A stretch of 64,000 nt of DNA from Armatimonadota bacterium (GCA_963677485.1 OY781964.1:3168001-3232000); one strand, 5' to 3'. Positions 49,799 to 59,827 are shown, counted from the first letter of the stretch. Translations and numbers: made by a program. The notes: generated from the sequence alone by a model not told the origin.

Positions 49799-51953
49799 TG
49801 AGGGTTCTTTTTAACGCAATGGCGCAAGGATGCAAAGGGGTTGTTGGTATTCAACCGTGTGTAGGGGCAACCCCCTGTGGTTGCCCTGTTCTATGGTGGG
49901 GCATCATGTGCGCTGCCCACGGGATGTGTGAACCGCGGATGAACGCGGATAAACGCGGATGGGGAGGGGTTCTGTCCGCTGTCGCCTCATCGGTCGGATT
50001 CGACCAATCCGTCCGATGAATCCTCACCAAAACAAGCGACGCCCCCATGGTAGCTATGCCCCCTAAGGGCGTCCGCTGGATACCTCTATGCTTGCCTGTT
50101 TGGGCGCCTTTAAGTTAAAAGCCCTTCTGGTCACAAAACGTCACAGACCATACCATCAGCTACAACCAGTAATTTTGGTAACAGTCCTTTATACCGATAT
50201 AACATGAATCACAAACTGCAGGTATACTGATGGTTGATATGTTTTTGTTGCCCTGGTGTATCTAGATAAAGGTAAAGGAGCCACTATCGTGTATTGGAAG
50301 ACCAACCGTGCTAATTGGATTTTTGTCCTAAGCTTCGTATTTGCGCTGATGCAGCTTATCACGTGCCAAATCGCGTTTGCACAAGGCGGCACTATCGACG
50401 GCTGGGGTGATAGGCGCATAGCCTCGGGTGATCTCACTGGCTTCAAAGCAGTATCGGCAGGCTATGCTCATACCGTTGGTCTGAAACGCGACGGCTCGGT
50501 GGTCTGCTGGGGATTGAACTCATCTAGCAAATGCAGTATACCTGCACCTAACCAGGACTTCACCGCCATAGATGCTGGAAACTACTATTCCGTCGGTTTG
50601 AAGCGCGACGGCTCGGTGGTTTGTTGGGGTGATAACTCATATGGTCAGTGCAGTGTGCCCGAACCCAACCAGGATTTCATCGCTATCGCAGCAGGAGATC
50701 AGCATACAGTCGGTTTGAAACGTGACGGTTCCGTAGTCTGTTGGGGCTTTAACAGCTACAGCCAGTGCAATGTGCCTGCTCCTAACCTGGATTTTATAGC
50801 CATCGCGGCAGGAGACTGCTATTCCGTCGGTTTGAAGCGCGACGGCTCGGTGGTTTGTTGGGGTGCTAACACATACAGTCAGTGTAGTGTGCCCGCACCC
50901 AACCAGGGGTTCACAGCCATCGCAGCAGGCGGGCAGCACTCTGTCGGCTTAAAGAGTGATGGTTCGGTGGTCTGCTGGGGTTACCAAGATTACCGCCAGT
51001 GCAATGTACCCGCACCCAACCAGGATTTTACTGCCATCGCTGCAGGCTGGCATCATACTGTCGGTATTAAGCGTGACGGTTCCGTGGTTTGCTGGGGTGA
51101 TAATGACGAAAATCAATGTAATGTGCCTGCACCCAACCAGGATTTCGCCGCCATCGAAGCAGGAGGGCGGCATACCGTCGGCTTAAAGCGCGATGGTTCT
51201 GTAGTTTGCTGGGGTGATAATGACGATTTCCAATGTAATGTGCCCGCACCCAACCGAGACTTCATCGCCATGGTCACGGGTGCAAAACATACCGTCGGAC
51301 TGAAGATTGATGGTTCGGTGGTTGGCTGGGGTGACAACTGGTATGGTGAGTGCGATGTGCCTGCACCCAACCGAGACTTCATCGCCATCTCTGCAGGTAA
51401 TAGTTACACCGTCGGCTTGAAGAGTGACGGTTCAGTGGTCTGCTGGTATGATAACTCATATGGTAAGTGCAGTGTGCCCGAACCCAACCAGGATTTCATC
51501 GCTATCGCAGCAGGAGATCAGCATACAGTCGGTTTGAAACGTGACGGTTCCGTAGTCTGCTGGGGCAGTAATTCTGAGGGTCAATGCAATGTACCCGCAC
51601 CTAACACGGATTTCGTCGCCATCGCGGCAGGATACAACTACAGCGTTGGGTTGAAGCGCAACGGATCAGTCGTCTGTTGGGGTTATAACTACAACGGCCA
51701 GTGTGATGTGCCCTCGCCTAACATGGATTTCACCTCCATCGCGGCTGGTCGGTTCCATACCGTAGGCCTGAAGAGCAACGGTTCGGTGGTCTGCTGGGGG
51801 CCTTCCTATCTCAGTCAATGCAAGGTGCCTGAGCCCAACCAGGATTTTACCGCAATTACGGCGGGTATTTGGCATACCGTCGGACTGAAGAGGGATGGCT
51901 CGTTGGTTAGTTGGGGTGATAACGAATGGGGCCAGTGCGATGTACCTTCACCT

Positions 51954-53609
51954 AAGGCGGCTTAGCCGCAACCAAAAAAGGAATGATTGCATTCGCCACG
52001 TAATATACATTCAAACACCCTTTCGTGAGGTTGCCCAGAATGACATCACTTCAAGAACGCTATGCAAAGCAGATAGCTGGGGTATATTCATGCTTCGACC
52101 GCATAGTTATCACCGGTACAATCCCAGGCTGGTGTCATAGCGACGGAATGGGCATCTATCTTCATCAACGCAACATCAGGCTATTTGACTTTCCTAAGGA
52201 ATTTGCCGAACCTCTACGAGATGAGATCAAAGCCAATGCGGAACGCCTTGCCGTTACCAACAGCATTGAAATTGAGTATATACGCCGTGCCTCTTCATTT
52301 CGAAAAGAAGACCGCATCAAAGAGATCATTAGTAGTCGAGGGTGTCACCCCGGTCTCGTCCACATATTCTCAGTGTTGGAAAAATGTCCTGCATACACCC
52401 CGTGGCACGACAAGATTACCCACAAAACCCGGCTGAATATCAAGGAGACCAAGTGTCTTCATTACTACTTCTATTTCATCGATGCAGAGTTTGGACTGTG
52501 CTATCTACGAGTTCCGACCTGGGTGCCCTTCCGTCTGCAATTCTATTGTAATGGACACAATTATCTCGCGCATTGCCTTCAATCCGAGGGAGTAGTTTTC
52601 ACTCCACTGGACAACGCCTTTGTAAAAATCGACGACTTTAGCTGTGCTCAGAGGCTGGCAGACGCTTTTCCTGCTGATAAGCTGCACCATGCGCTGGATG
52701 CATTTGCCAGAATGTATTGCCCCGTGATACGGCTTGCTGACAATTCATATCATTGGTCGCTAATGCAGGTGGAATATGCTACAGACATCGTGTTCAAACG
52801 CGCCGAAGACCTCAAAGCCATCTACGATAATCTAGTCAAAACAGCGATACATACGGTAACGCCAGAGTCTATCGCGATGTTTCTTGGTAAGAAACTTGAT
52901 GGGCGAACACTCGCTGAGATCGGCACTGACTACAAGTTCGATCGCCGCATACAAGGCACGCGCATCAAACACTACATGGGATGGGCTTCTATCAAAATGT
53001 ATGACAAGCAAGGGATAATCTTGCGTATCGAGACGACTGTGAATGACGTCTCTGAATTTAAACACTACCGTGAGGTAGAACATCATGATGGGACGACTGA
53101 GATTAAATACGCCCCTATGCAAAAGACCATCTACAGCCTTCCTCCATTGAGGGAACTGTTATTATCTGCAAACAACAGATATCTTGACTTTCTTTCCGCC
53201 CTTGATGACAACAGCGATGGTGAACATCAGATCATCAAAATCGCGACCTCGACCACCCGTGATCATCGCTCGTATCGAGGATTCAACCTTTTCCTCAAGA
53301 AGGATTTGGAATGTCTCATTGCACTTGCTCGCGGAGAGGGATGCATCAGCGGGATCACAAACCGTATGCTTCAAAAAGCCTTACCGCAGATGTCCAGCTC
53401 TCAGATATCATACTTCATCAAGCGATGCCGAGTATTCCGGCTCGTTAAAAAATGCGGTAAACGCTACAAATACTACCTCACTGCACTTGGCAAGCGTATC
53501 ATCATGGCAGCACTTGCTATTCGCCAGATCGTTGTGCCTAACGCTTTGTGTGGTGCGTAATATCAGAATATTCTATACACCGTGTTCAAAATATGGTTGG
53601 TAAGATACT
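51954..53609 (+). mobile_element. Unclassified insertion sequence, copy 1 (1656 bp; CTAA at both junctions; no TIR)
   Basis: Matches 56649-58304 at offset 4695; interrupts a gene precisely. Boundaries are drawn at CT^AA and are ambiguous within the 4-nt core. Confidence 0.95.
52040..53560 (+). CDS. Putative transposase: Rep_trans/MOBT-like nickase with C-terminal winged helix
   Basis: Sole long ORF of the element; QVEYATD, SIKMYDK, ILRIETT; wHTH ITNRML...SSSQISY.IKR....LVKK....YKYYLT.LG. Alternative GTG start at 52025. Confidence 0.75.
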   Translation: MTSLQERYAKQIAGVYSCFDRIVITGTIPGWCHSDGMGIYLHQRNIRLFDFPKEFAEPLRDEIKANAERLAVTNSIEIEYIRRASSFRKEDRIKEIISSRGCHPGLVHIFSVLEKCPAYTPWHDKITHKTRLNIKETKCLHYYFYFIDAEFGLCYLRVPTWVPFRLQFYCNGHNYLAHCLQSEGVVFTPLDNAFVKIDDFSCAQRLADAFPADKLHHALDAFARMYCPVIRLADNSYHWSLMQVEYATDIVFKRAEDLKAIYDNLVKTAIHTVTPESIAMFLGKKLDGRTLAEIGTDYKFDRRIQGTRIKHYMGWASIKMYDKQGIILRIETTVNDVSEFKHYREVEHHDGTTEIKYAPMQKTIYSLPPLRELLLSANNRYLDFLSALDDNSDGEHQIIKIATSTTRDHRSYRGFNLFLKKDLECLIALARGEGCISGITNRMLQKALPQMSSSQISYFIKRCRVFRLVKKCGKRYKYYLTALGKRIIMAALAIRQIVVPNALCGA

Positions 53610-54260
53610 AACAAGGGTTTCACCGCCATCTCCGCATCGGAATATCATACAGTTGGAATCCGCGGTGTTCAGTCAATCGACGGAAAGCTGCAACTAGGGC
53701 AATTCTTGGGCAGTATTACTGCGCGGCAGCTCACAGCTTCTATCAGCAATACAGCTGACTCCAGCAGTACTCAATGCCTCAGTATAAACCCTCAGGCTAA
53801 CGGTGAATACTCCCTCTCCACCTACCTTTTACCACCATATAGTCTTCGTGTCAGCAGCCCGCACTTCCTCACTGCGAAGGCGACCAATGTGGGCATCGGG
53901 CAACGCGTCAACATCATTCTCACTAACGGCGACGTGGATGGTGACGGCCAAATCAATCTGTTTGATATGGTGGCTCTAGATTCTAAATTCGGCTCCTCAG
54001 ATACCATTGCCGACCTTGATGGTGATGGTATAGTCAACCTGTTTGACTATGTAGTCATCGATCAGAACTTCGGTGCGCAGGGTGATTGATCACAAGCACT
54101 ATCTGATGCAAGCGAAGAGAAACCCGCTAGGGGTGACTCTATGACGGAGTGTCATATCACCCTCCAGCTTAGGAGTGAGGCCTGCTCTCCCTTGCCGTTG
54201 TTTAGTATTGGAGAGCTCATCATATATAGGTACTAAGTGCGTTTGCCGGACGCTCTACGC

Positions 54261-55439
54261 TCACGGCTGATTGACCACGCCCGTGAAGAGTATCTCGCCG
54301 GTGGGATCGTGCCGTATGAGAAACACGAACGGCCGGTTGAACTTGATTTTCGGTGGATTTGGAGAGATGCCCAACATCATGCCAATCCCGGAAGCCGCGG
54401 AAGCGACCGTGCCTCGCTCATTCACTTCAACCATGCATTTTTGTTTCGCTTCGCCAATCCAGAGGTCTTGAGACACTCTTGCCAGCATGCCGCTAAAATC
54501 GGCATGTGCCCCAAACGGCAACGGCATGCCCATTTTGGTAAGCGGTGGGATCAACTTGGTCTCTACATCCATCTTGAACCTGGGTAACGAGAGCTCCGCA
54601 TGACTGGTATCAAGGTTAGCCACCATATCGTGAAGTGCCTTGCCAGTCAGGATGCCCAAGAGCTTCTGGGGAGAGGAATTCGGAGCCGGCAATATAAGAT
54701 ACATCGCTAGCGTCTGCTGAAGTTGCATGATTTTTCGAAAGCCTTCGCTGCTAGTCGTGCTTCCTGGTTTGATTGCTGAGGCGAGGCGGCTAAGGTTGTA
54801 TGGCAGTCGGACCATGTCATACTTACTGGTCTGGGAAAACCCCATGTCCTCATCTTTACACATGTAGGTAGCAGTCGACCGCTTACCCTCGCTGCCATAC
54901 CAGACCGCTTTGACGTTTGCTTTCGGGTTGAACGGGTCTAGCCACTCGCCATGGAACAGCACCGTGTTGATGATGATCATCGCTATCTGTGAATCGATGC
55001 TGTCATACATCCGATTGATACGTCCATTAGTGTTTTTCGTCACCCACTGGTTAATCAAGTTCACAGTCTGGCGATCATGTAGATCAACCGTGTTCACCGG
55101 TGCGTGATACACGCTGTTCACTTTACGGGCATATCCTGGATCAAGACGATAGAGTTGGTGCAGCCACAATGAGTTTGCGACCAGCATTTCCGCTGGTGTC
55201 AGAGCACCACTGATTTGCCTGATAGTCTTCACGTTGCTTTGGTTCACTTGTTCGATAGAGCTGCTGCCGAAACCCAGCACCTTCGTCATCTGGCGGAGGG
55301 TTTCACCCCGGGCCCCGTTCAGCGTCATGCTGAGCGCGATGCGGGCGCTGTAGGGCGAGAGGCACAGGTTCTGACCGTCTTGGTTGCACTGCTGAGTGAG
55401 CCTCAGCGCGAAGTCGGACGATGCGTAATTAGGCTGCAT
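54261..55439 (-). CDS. Serpin (serine protease inhibitor), intact
   Basis: N.CLSPYS, GARGET, IN.WV...TNGRI, FHGEW..PF, LPRFK, hinge VNERGTVASAAS, FNRPFVFLI, ILFTG.V..P. Confidence 0.95.
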   Translation of the reverse strand: MQPNYASSDFALRLTQQCNQDGQNLCLSPYSARIALSMTLNGARGETLRQMTKVLGFGSSSIEQVNQSNVKTIRQISGALTPAEMLVANSLWLHQLYRLDPGYARKVNSVYHAPVNTVDLHDRQTVNLINQWVTKNTNGRINRMYDSIDSQIAMIIINTVLFHGEWLDPFNPKANVKAVWYGSEGKRSTATYMCKDEDMGFSQTSKYDMVRLPYNLSRLASAIKPGSTTSSEGFRKIMQLQQTLAMYLILPAPNSSPQKLLGILTGKALHDMVANLDTSHAELSLPRFKMDVETKLIPPLTKMGMPLPFGAHADFSGMLARVSQDLWIGEAKQKCMVEVNERGTVASAASGIGMMLGISPNPPKIKFNRPFVFLIRHDPTGEILFTGVVNQP

Positions 55440-56648
55440 ATTGAAACCCCTCTACTTTTCTATTAAAGCGTCCAGGCGCCCTACGCTTGCGGTTGGTTGA
55501 CCACGCCTGTGAAGAGAATCTCGCCGGTGGGATCGTGCCGTATGAGAAACACGAACGGCCGGTTGAACTCCAACTTCGGTGGATCTGGATTGATTCCCGC
55601 TATTGTCATCAGGCCGGAAGCCGCGGACGCGACCGTGCCTCGTTCATTTACTCCAAGCACGCATTTCTGTTTGGCTTGATCGATTTCGATCGGGCTGGCC
55701 ATTTTGGTAAACATGCCGCTAAAATCGGCATGCTTCTCAAACGGCAACGGCATACCCATTTTCGACAGCGGGGCGATAAGGTCAGTCTCCACTTCCATCT
55801 TGAACCTGGGCACTGACAGCACTACATGACCAATATTCAGGCCGTCGATCATCTGGTCTAACGAAGGACCGGTTAAGCTGTTCAGGAGCTTCTGGGGCGA
55901 GGATCCTGAAGCGGGCAATATCAAATACATCGCTAGCGTCCTGTTCAGCTGCATTGCTTGATGTAATGTTTCACCAGTTATACCGCCGGGTTTGATGGTA
56001 ACTGCGAGGCGGCTCAGGTTGTATGGAAGCCTCACCATGGCGTGCGTTTTGGCCTGTGAAAACTCCATATCCTTGTCTTTTTTCATAAAGTTGATGTTTT
56101 GCCGTTTGCCTTTAAAACCATGCCAGGTCGCCTTGACATTTTTCTTGGGATCAAATGGATCAATCCATCCTCCCTGGAACAGCACCGTGTTAAGGATGAT
56201 CAACATCGTCTGTGGGTCAAGGAGGTCATACATCCGTGTGACCCTTCCGTTGGTGCTTTTCGCCACCTACTGGTTGATCGTATTTACAGTACGGCTGTCA
56301 CTCATGCTGACCAAGTTGACAGGGGCATGGTACACGCTGTCGACTCTGCGGGCATAACCGGGATCCAAGCGATAGCGTTGTTCCAGCCACAACGCGTTTG
56401 CCATCAACAGCTCCTGTGGTGTCAGATGGTCACTAATCTGTTTCATGAGCTTCGTATTGCTCTGGTTGATCTGATCGATGGAGCTGCCGCCGAAACCCAG
56501 CACAATCGTCATTTGGCGGAGGGTTTCACCCCGGGCCCCGTTCAGCACCATGCTGAGCGCGATGCGTGCGCTGTAGGGCGAGAGGCACAGGTTCTTGCCG
56601 GTTTCGTAGCATTGCTGCGTGAGCCGTAGGGCGAAATCGGAACTACCT

Positions 56649-58304
56649 AAGGCGGCTTAGCCGCAACCAAAAAAGGAATGATTGCATTCGCCACGTAATA
56701 TACATTCAAACACCCTTTCGTGAGGTTGCCCAGAATGACATCACTTCAAGAACGCTATGCAAAGCAGATAGCTGGGGTATATTCATGCTTCGACCGCATA
56801 GTTATCACCGGTACAATCCCAGGCTGGTGTCATAGCGACGGAATGGGCATCTATCTTCATCAACGCAACATCAGGCTATTTGACTTTCCTAAGGAATTTG
56901 CCGAACCTCTACGAGATGAGATCAAAGCCAATGCGGAACGCCTTGCCGTTACCAACAGCATTGAAATTGAGTATATACGCCGTGCCTCTTCATTTCGAAA
57001 AGAAGACCGCATCAAAGAGATCATTAGTAGTCGAGGGTGTCACCCCGGTCTCGTCCACATATTCTCAGTGTTGGAAAAATGTCCTGCATACACCCCGTGG
57101 CACGACAAGATTACCCACAAAACCCGGCTGAATATCAAGGAGACCAAGTGTCTTCATTACTACTTCTATTTCATCGATGCAGAGTTTGGACTGTGCTATC
57201 TACGAGTTCCGACCTGGGTGCCCTTCCGTCTGCAATTCTATTGTAATGGACACAATTATCTCGCGCATTGCCTTCAATCCGAGGGAGTAGTTTTCACTCC
57301 ACTGGACAACGCCTTTGTAAAAATCGACGACTTTAGCTGTGCTCAGAGGCTGGCAGACGCTTTTCCTGCTGATAAGCTGCACCATGCGCTGGATGCATTT
57401 GCCAGAATGTATTGCCCCGTGATACGGCTTGCTGACAATTCATATCATTGGTCGCTAATGCAGGTGGAATATGCTACAGACATCGTGTTCAAACGCGCCG
57501 AAGACCTCAAAGCCATCTACGATAATCTAGTCAAAACAGCGATACATACGGTAACGCCAGAGTCTATCGCGATGTTTCTTGGTAAGAAACTTGATGGGCG
57601 AACACTCGCTGAGATCGGCACTGACTACAAGTTCGATCGCCGCATACAAGGCACGCGCATCAAACACTACATGGGATGGGCTTCTATCAAAATGTATGAC
57701 AAGCAAGGGATAATCTTGCGTATCGAGACGACTGTGAATGACGTCTCTGAATTTAAACACTACCGTGAGGTAGAACATCATGATGGGACGACTGAGATTA
57801 AATACGCCCCTATGCAAAAGACCATCTACAGCCTTCCTCCATTGAGGGAACTGTTATTATCTGCAAACAACAGATATCTTGACTTTCTTTCCGCCCTTGA
57901 TGACAACAGCGATGGTGAACATCAGATCATCAAAATCGCGACCTCGACCACCCGTGATCATCGCTCGTATCGAGGATTCAACCTTTTCCTCAAGAAGGAT
58001 TTGGAATGTCTCATTGCACTTGCTCGCGGAGAGGGATGCATCAGCGGGATCACAAACCGTATGCTTCAAAAAGCCTTACCGCAGATGTCCAGCTCTCAGA
58101 TATCATACTTCATCAAGCGATGCCGAGTATTCCGGCTCGTTAAAAAATGCGGTAAACGCTACAAATACTACCTCACTGCACTTGGCAAGCGTATCATCAT
58201 GGCAGCACTTGCTATTCGCCAGATCGTTGTGCCTAACGCTTTGTGTGGTGCGTAATATCAGAATATTCTATACACCGTGTTCAAAATATGGTTGGTAAGA
58301 TACT
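56649..58304 (+). mobile_element. Unclassified insertion sequence, copy 2
   Basis: All six-frame ORF translations are identical to copy 1; same ends; empty site tACCTAACg. Confidence 0.95.
56735..58255 (+). CDS. Putative transposase: Rep_trans/MOBT-like nickase with winged helix (identical to 52040-53560)
   Basis: Identical translation. Confidence 0.75.
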   Translation: MTSLQERYAKQIAGVYSCFDRIVITGTIPGWCHSDGMGIYLHQRNIRLFDFPKEFAEPLRDEIKANAERLAVTNSIEIEYIRRASSFRKEDRIKEIISSRGCHPGLVHIFSVLEKCPAYTPWHDKITHKTRLNIKETKCLHYYFYFIDAEFGLCYLRVPTWVPFRLQFYCNGHNYLAHCLQSEGVVFTPLDNAFVKIDDFSCAQRLADAFPADKLHHALDAFARMYCPVIRLADNSYHWSLMQVEYATDIVFKRAEDLKAIYDNLVKTAIHTVTPESIAMFLGKKLDGRTLAEIGTDYKFDRRIQGTRIKHYMGWASIKMYDKQGIILRIETTVNDVSEFKHYREVEHHDGTTEIKYAPMQKTIYSLPPLRELLLSANNRYLDFLSALDDNSDGEHQIIKIATSTTRDHRSYRGFNLFLKKDLECLIALARGEGCISGITNRMLQKALPQMSSSQISYFIKRCRVFRLVKKCGKRYKYYLTALGKRIIMAALAIRQIVVPNALCGA

Positions 58305-58432
58305 AACGCATTAGCCATTGTTCTTGATAACCTCCTGTGGGTAGTCGTAAAAAACGAGCTTTGCTATTATTGACGCCGGAGAGGGTGGGAATGTTTCCTG
58401 TTTACCATATTCCTATCTGAGATATATGGCCA

Positions 58433-59485
58433 CTACGGAATATACTGCGCGTTCTTCAGGCCGTGTTGGTCAATGTTGGTCATAATCTTCGCATCGTCGT
58501 TGGAAATGGCGTACGAATTATCGACACCCTTGACGGTCGCAGCTACCAAGTCCGAGCTGCCCACACGGTAGACATCAAATCCGGCCATGTAGGTGAGATT
58601 GTATAGGTATTTATGTATGATAAAGTCATCAACTATTGATACTTCGTTGAACATCGCCCCGATTTCTCCGTAACGAGGTCGAATCACCGATATCTTTTTG
58701 ACAGAATTACCCTCGTACCGGTACACAGTGCTGCCATTGATCAATATCTGCCCACTGGCCACAAAACTCCGAGCGTCCCGTTTCATACCCAAACTCCCGG
58801 TATCGTGCCTTTTCCATGTACCAAGATCGATACGCGTGATCGAGCCATCTCCAGAAACCAGCAATAAACTGTTGCCAGAGAACCAGCCATACGAATCCTG
58901 AAATTCCTTGTAGAGGTGCCTATGTTTGACATCAAACTTATACACCGTCGTGACGGTCCTACCATCGCCATATCGCCCGTTGATGCATATCCAGTTGCCG
59001 GAAATGTGATTGTCCACAGGCCAAGGCAGGAGCTCTACAGCACTTGGCGACAGGGTGTATATCTTGTGGTTTTTAATGGCGATGGAGGTAGACGGACCAT
59101 CGACGTCCTTCCATATGCCAGACTTCATCTTTTTGTCGGTGACAATAAACTCTTTGTTGCTGTGTCTGATGTTCACCCATATTTCATTCTTCGCACGGAT
59201 GGCGGTTTGCTGCCGTGTATCAGTTTTCAACGCTTTACTAAATGTGTAACTCTTGCGGGACTGTGGCCAGTATATGTAGTTATTCTCTACACCGGCCACC
59301 AGTATCGCGACCTCGTTGTCTGGCCAGGTTTGCGCAAGCCGCTTGCCGGTGAAGTAATACCACCAGGGCAGCGCACCACTCAGTGTGTAGATGATGAGCG
59401 AGACCGGGAGGGCAACTAACACAAGTGCGATGGTGATAACTACCCTTTGCTTCAGGGTGAGCTTCTTCCTGGGTGCATTATTCAT
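58433..59485 (-). CDS. Hypothetical membrane-anchored beta-rich protein
   Basis: 350-aa ORF; basic N-terminus then a TM helix; AT-richer than the host. Confidence 0.65.
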   Translation of the reverse strand: MNNAPRKKLTLKQRVVITIALVLVALPVSLIIYTLSGALPWWYYFTGKRLAQTWPDNEVAILVAGVENNYIYWPQSRKSYTFSKALKTDTRQQTAIRAKNEIWVNIRHSNKEFIVTDKKMKSGIWKDVDGPSTSIAIKNHKIYTLSPSAVELLPWPVDNHISGNWICINGRYGDGRTVTTVYKFDVKHRHLYKEFQDSYGWFSGNSLLLVSGDGSITRIDLGTWKRHDTGSLGMKRDARSFVASGQILINGSTVYRYEGNSVKKISVIRPRYGEIGAMFNEVSIVDDFIIHKYLYNLTYMAGFDVYRVGSSDLVAATVKGVDNSYAISNDDAKIMTNIDQHGLKNAQYIP

Positions 59486-59623
59486 ATGATTTGCCTTCCG
59501 TTAACAGCCGTGTATTGCTTCATCGCATTGGCTGCATTATGAACCGATTATTGTATTTTGTCAACAAGCCCGACCGGCACGTAAGGTCCAGGGTTTTCCC
59601 GTCCTGGGTGCAGGGACCGCACC

Positions 59624-59827
59624 CCTTGGCGTCTTTGCGTTCCTTGCGCCTTTGCGTTGGAAGCCCCTTTCCCATTTACGTTCATTCGTGGTTAGTGAGG
59701 ACAAGTAAGATGAGTAGGACGAGTAGGACAGCTGCCTCACCCGACCGCTGGCTATTCCCATTCGCGTTCATTGGTGTGCATTCGTGGTAAAATGACCCTT
59801 CGCGAACTTCGCGGCTTCGCGTGAGAC
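59624..59827. repeat. Cluster of short 8-10-bp-period triplet micro-repeats
   Basis: cttggcgt-ctttgcgttc-cttgcgc-ctttgcgtt; (gagtaggac)n; attcgcgttc-attggtgtgc-attcgtggt; cttcgcgaa-cttcgcgg-cttcgcgtga. Confidence 0.65.

Larger units (their letters stand above)
50256..54089 (+). pseudogene. Secreted RCC1/BLIP-II-like beta-propeller protein with C-terminal dockerin-like domain, disrupted by element copy 1
   Basis: 13 x 39-aa (117-bp) repeats. Joining 51955 to 53612 restores the frame (DVPSPN-KGFTAISASEYHTVGIR...) through ORF 53706-54089, which ends DLDGDGIVNLFDYVVIDQNFGAQGD. Start codon uncertain. Confidence 0.9.
55481..58318 (-). pseudogene. Second serpin, disrupted by element copy 2 at codon 5 and by a TAG at 56267-56269
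   Basis: AGGAGG RBS and ATG at 58318. Removing the element gives MANALGSSDFALRLTQQC..., colinear with the intact paralogue. TAG replaces the conserved Trp of INQW. Confidence 0.92.

Noticed and set aside
50440-51955. 117-bp periodic repeats as CRISPR or DGR cassettes
   Set aside because: In-frame coding repeats with synonymous third-position variation; no RT nearby.
52040-53560. ORF as an ordinary MarR regulator or a segmental duplication
   Set aside because: The winged helix is only the last 80 aa or so, and both copies have precise ends interrupting different genes.
53706-54089. Stand-alone 127-aa gene
   Set aside because: TTG start with no clear RBS; it is the in-frame tail of the interrupted propeller gene.
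56267-56269. TAG as pyrrolysine or recoded stop
   Set aside because: It replaces a conserved Trp by one transition in a gene already disrupted, and TAG is a normal stop elsewhere in the window.
51954-58304. Whole span as a composite transposon that arrived as one unit
   Set aside because: Each copy's own flanks rejoin into a gene, so the intervening DNA is native.
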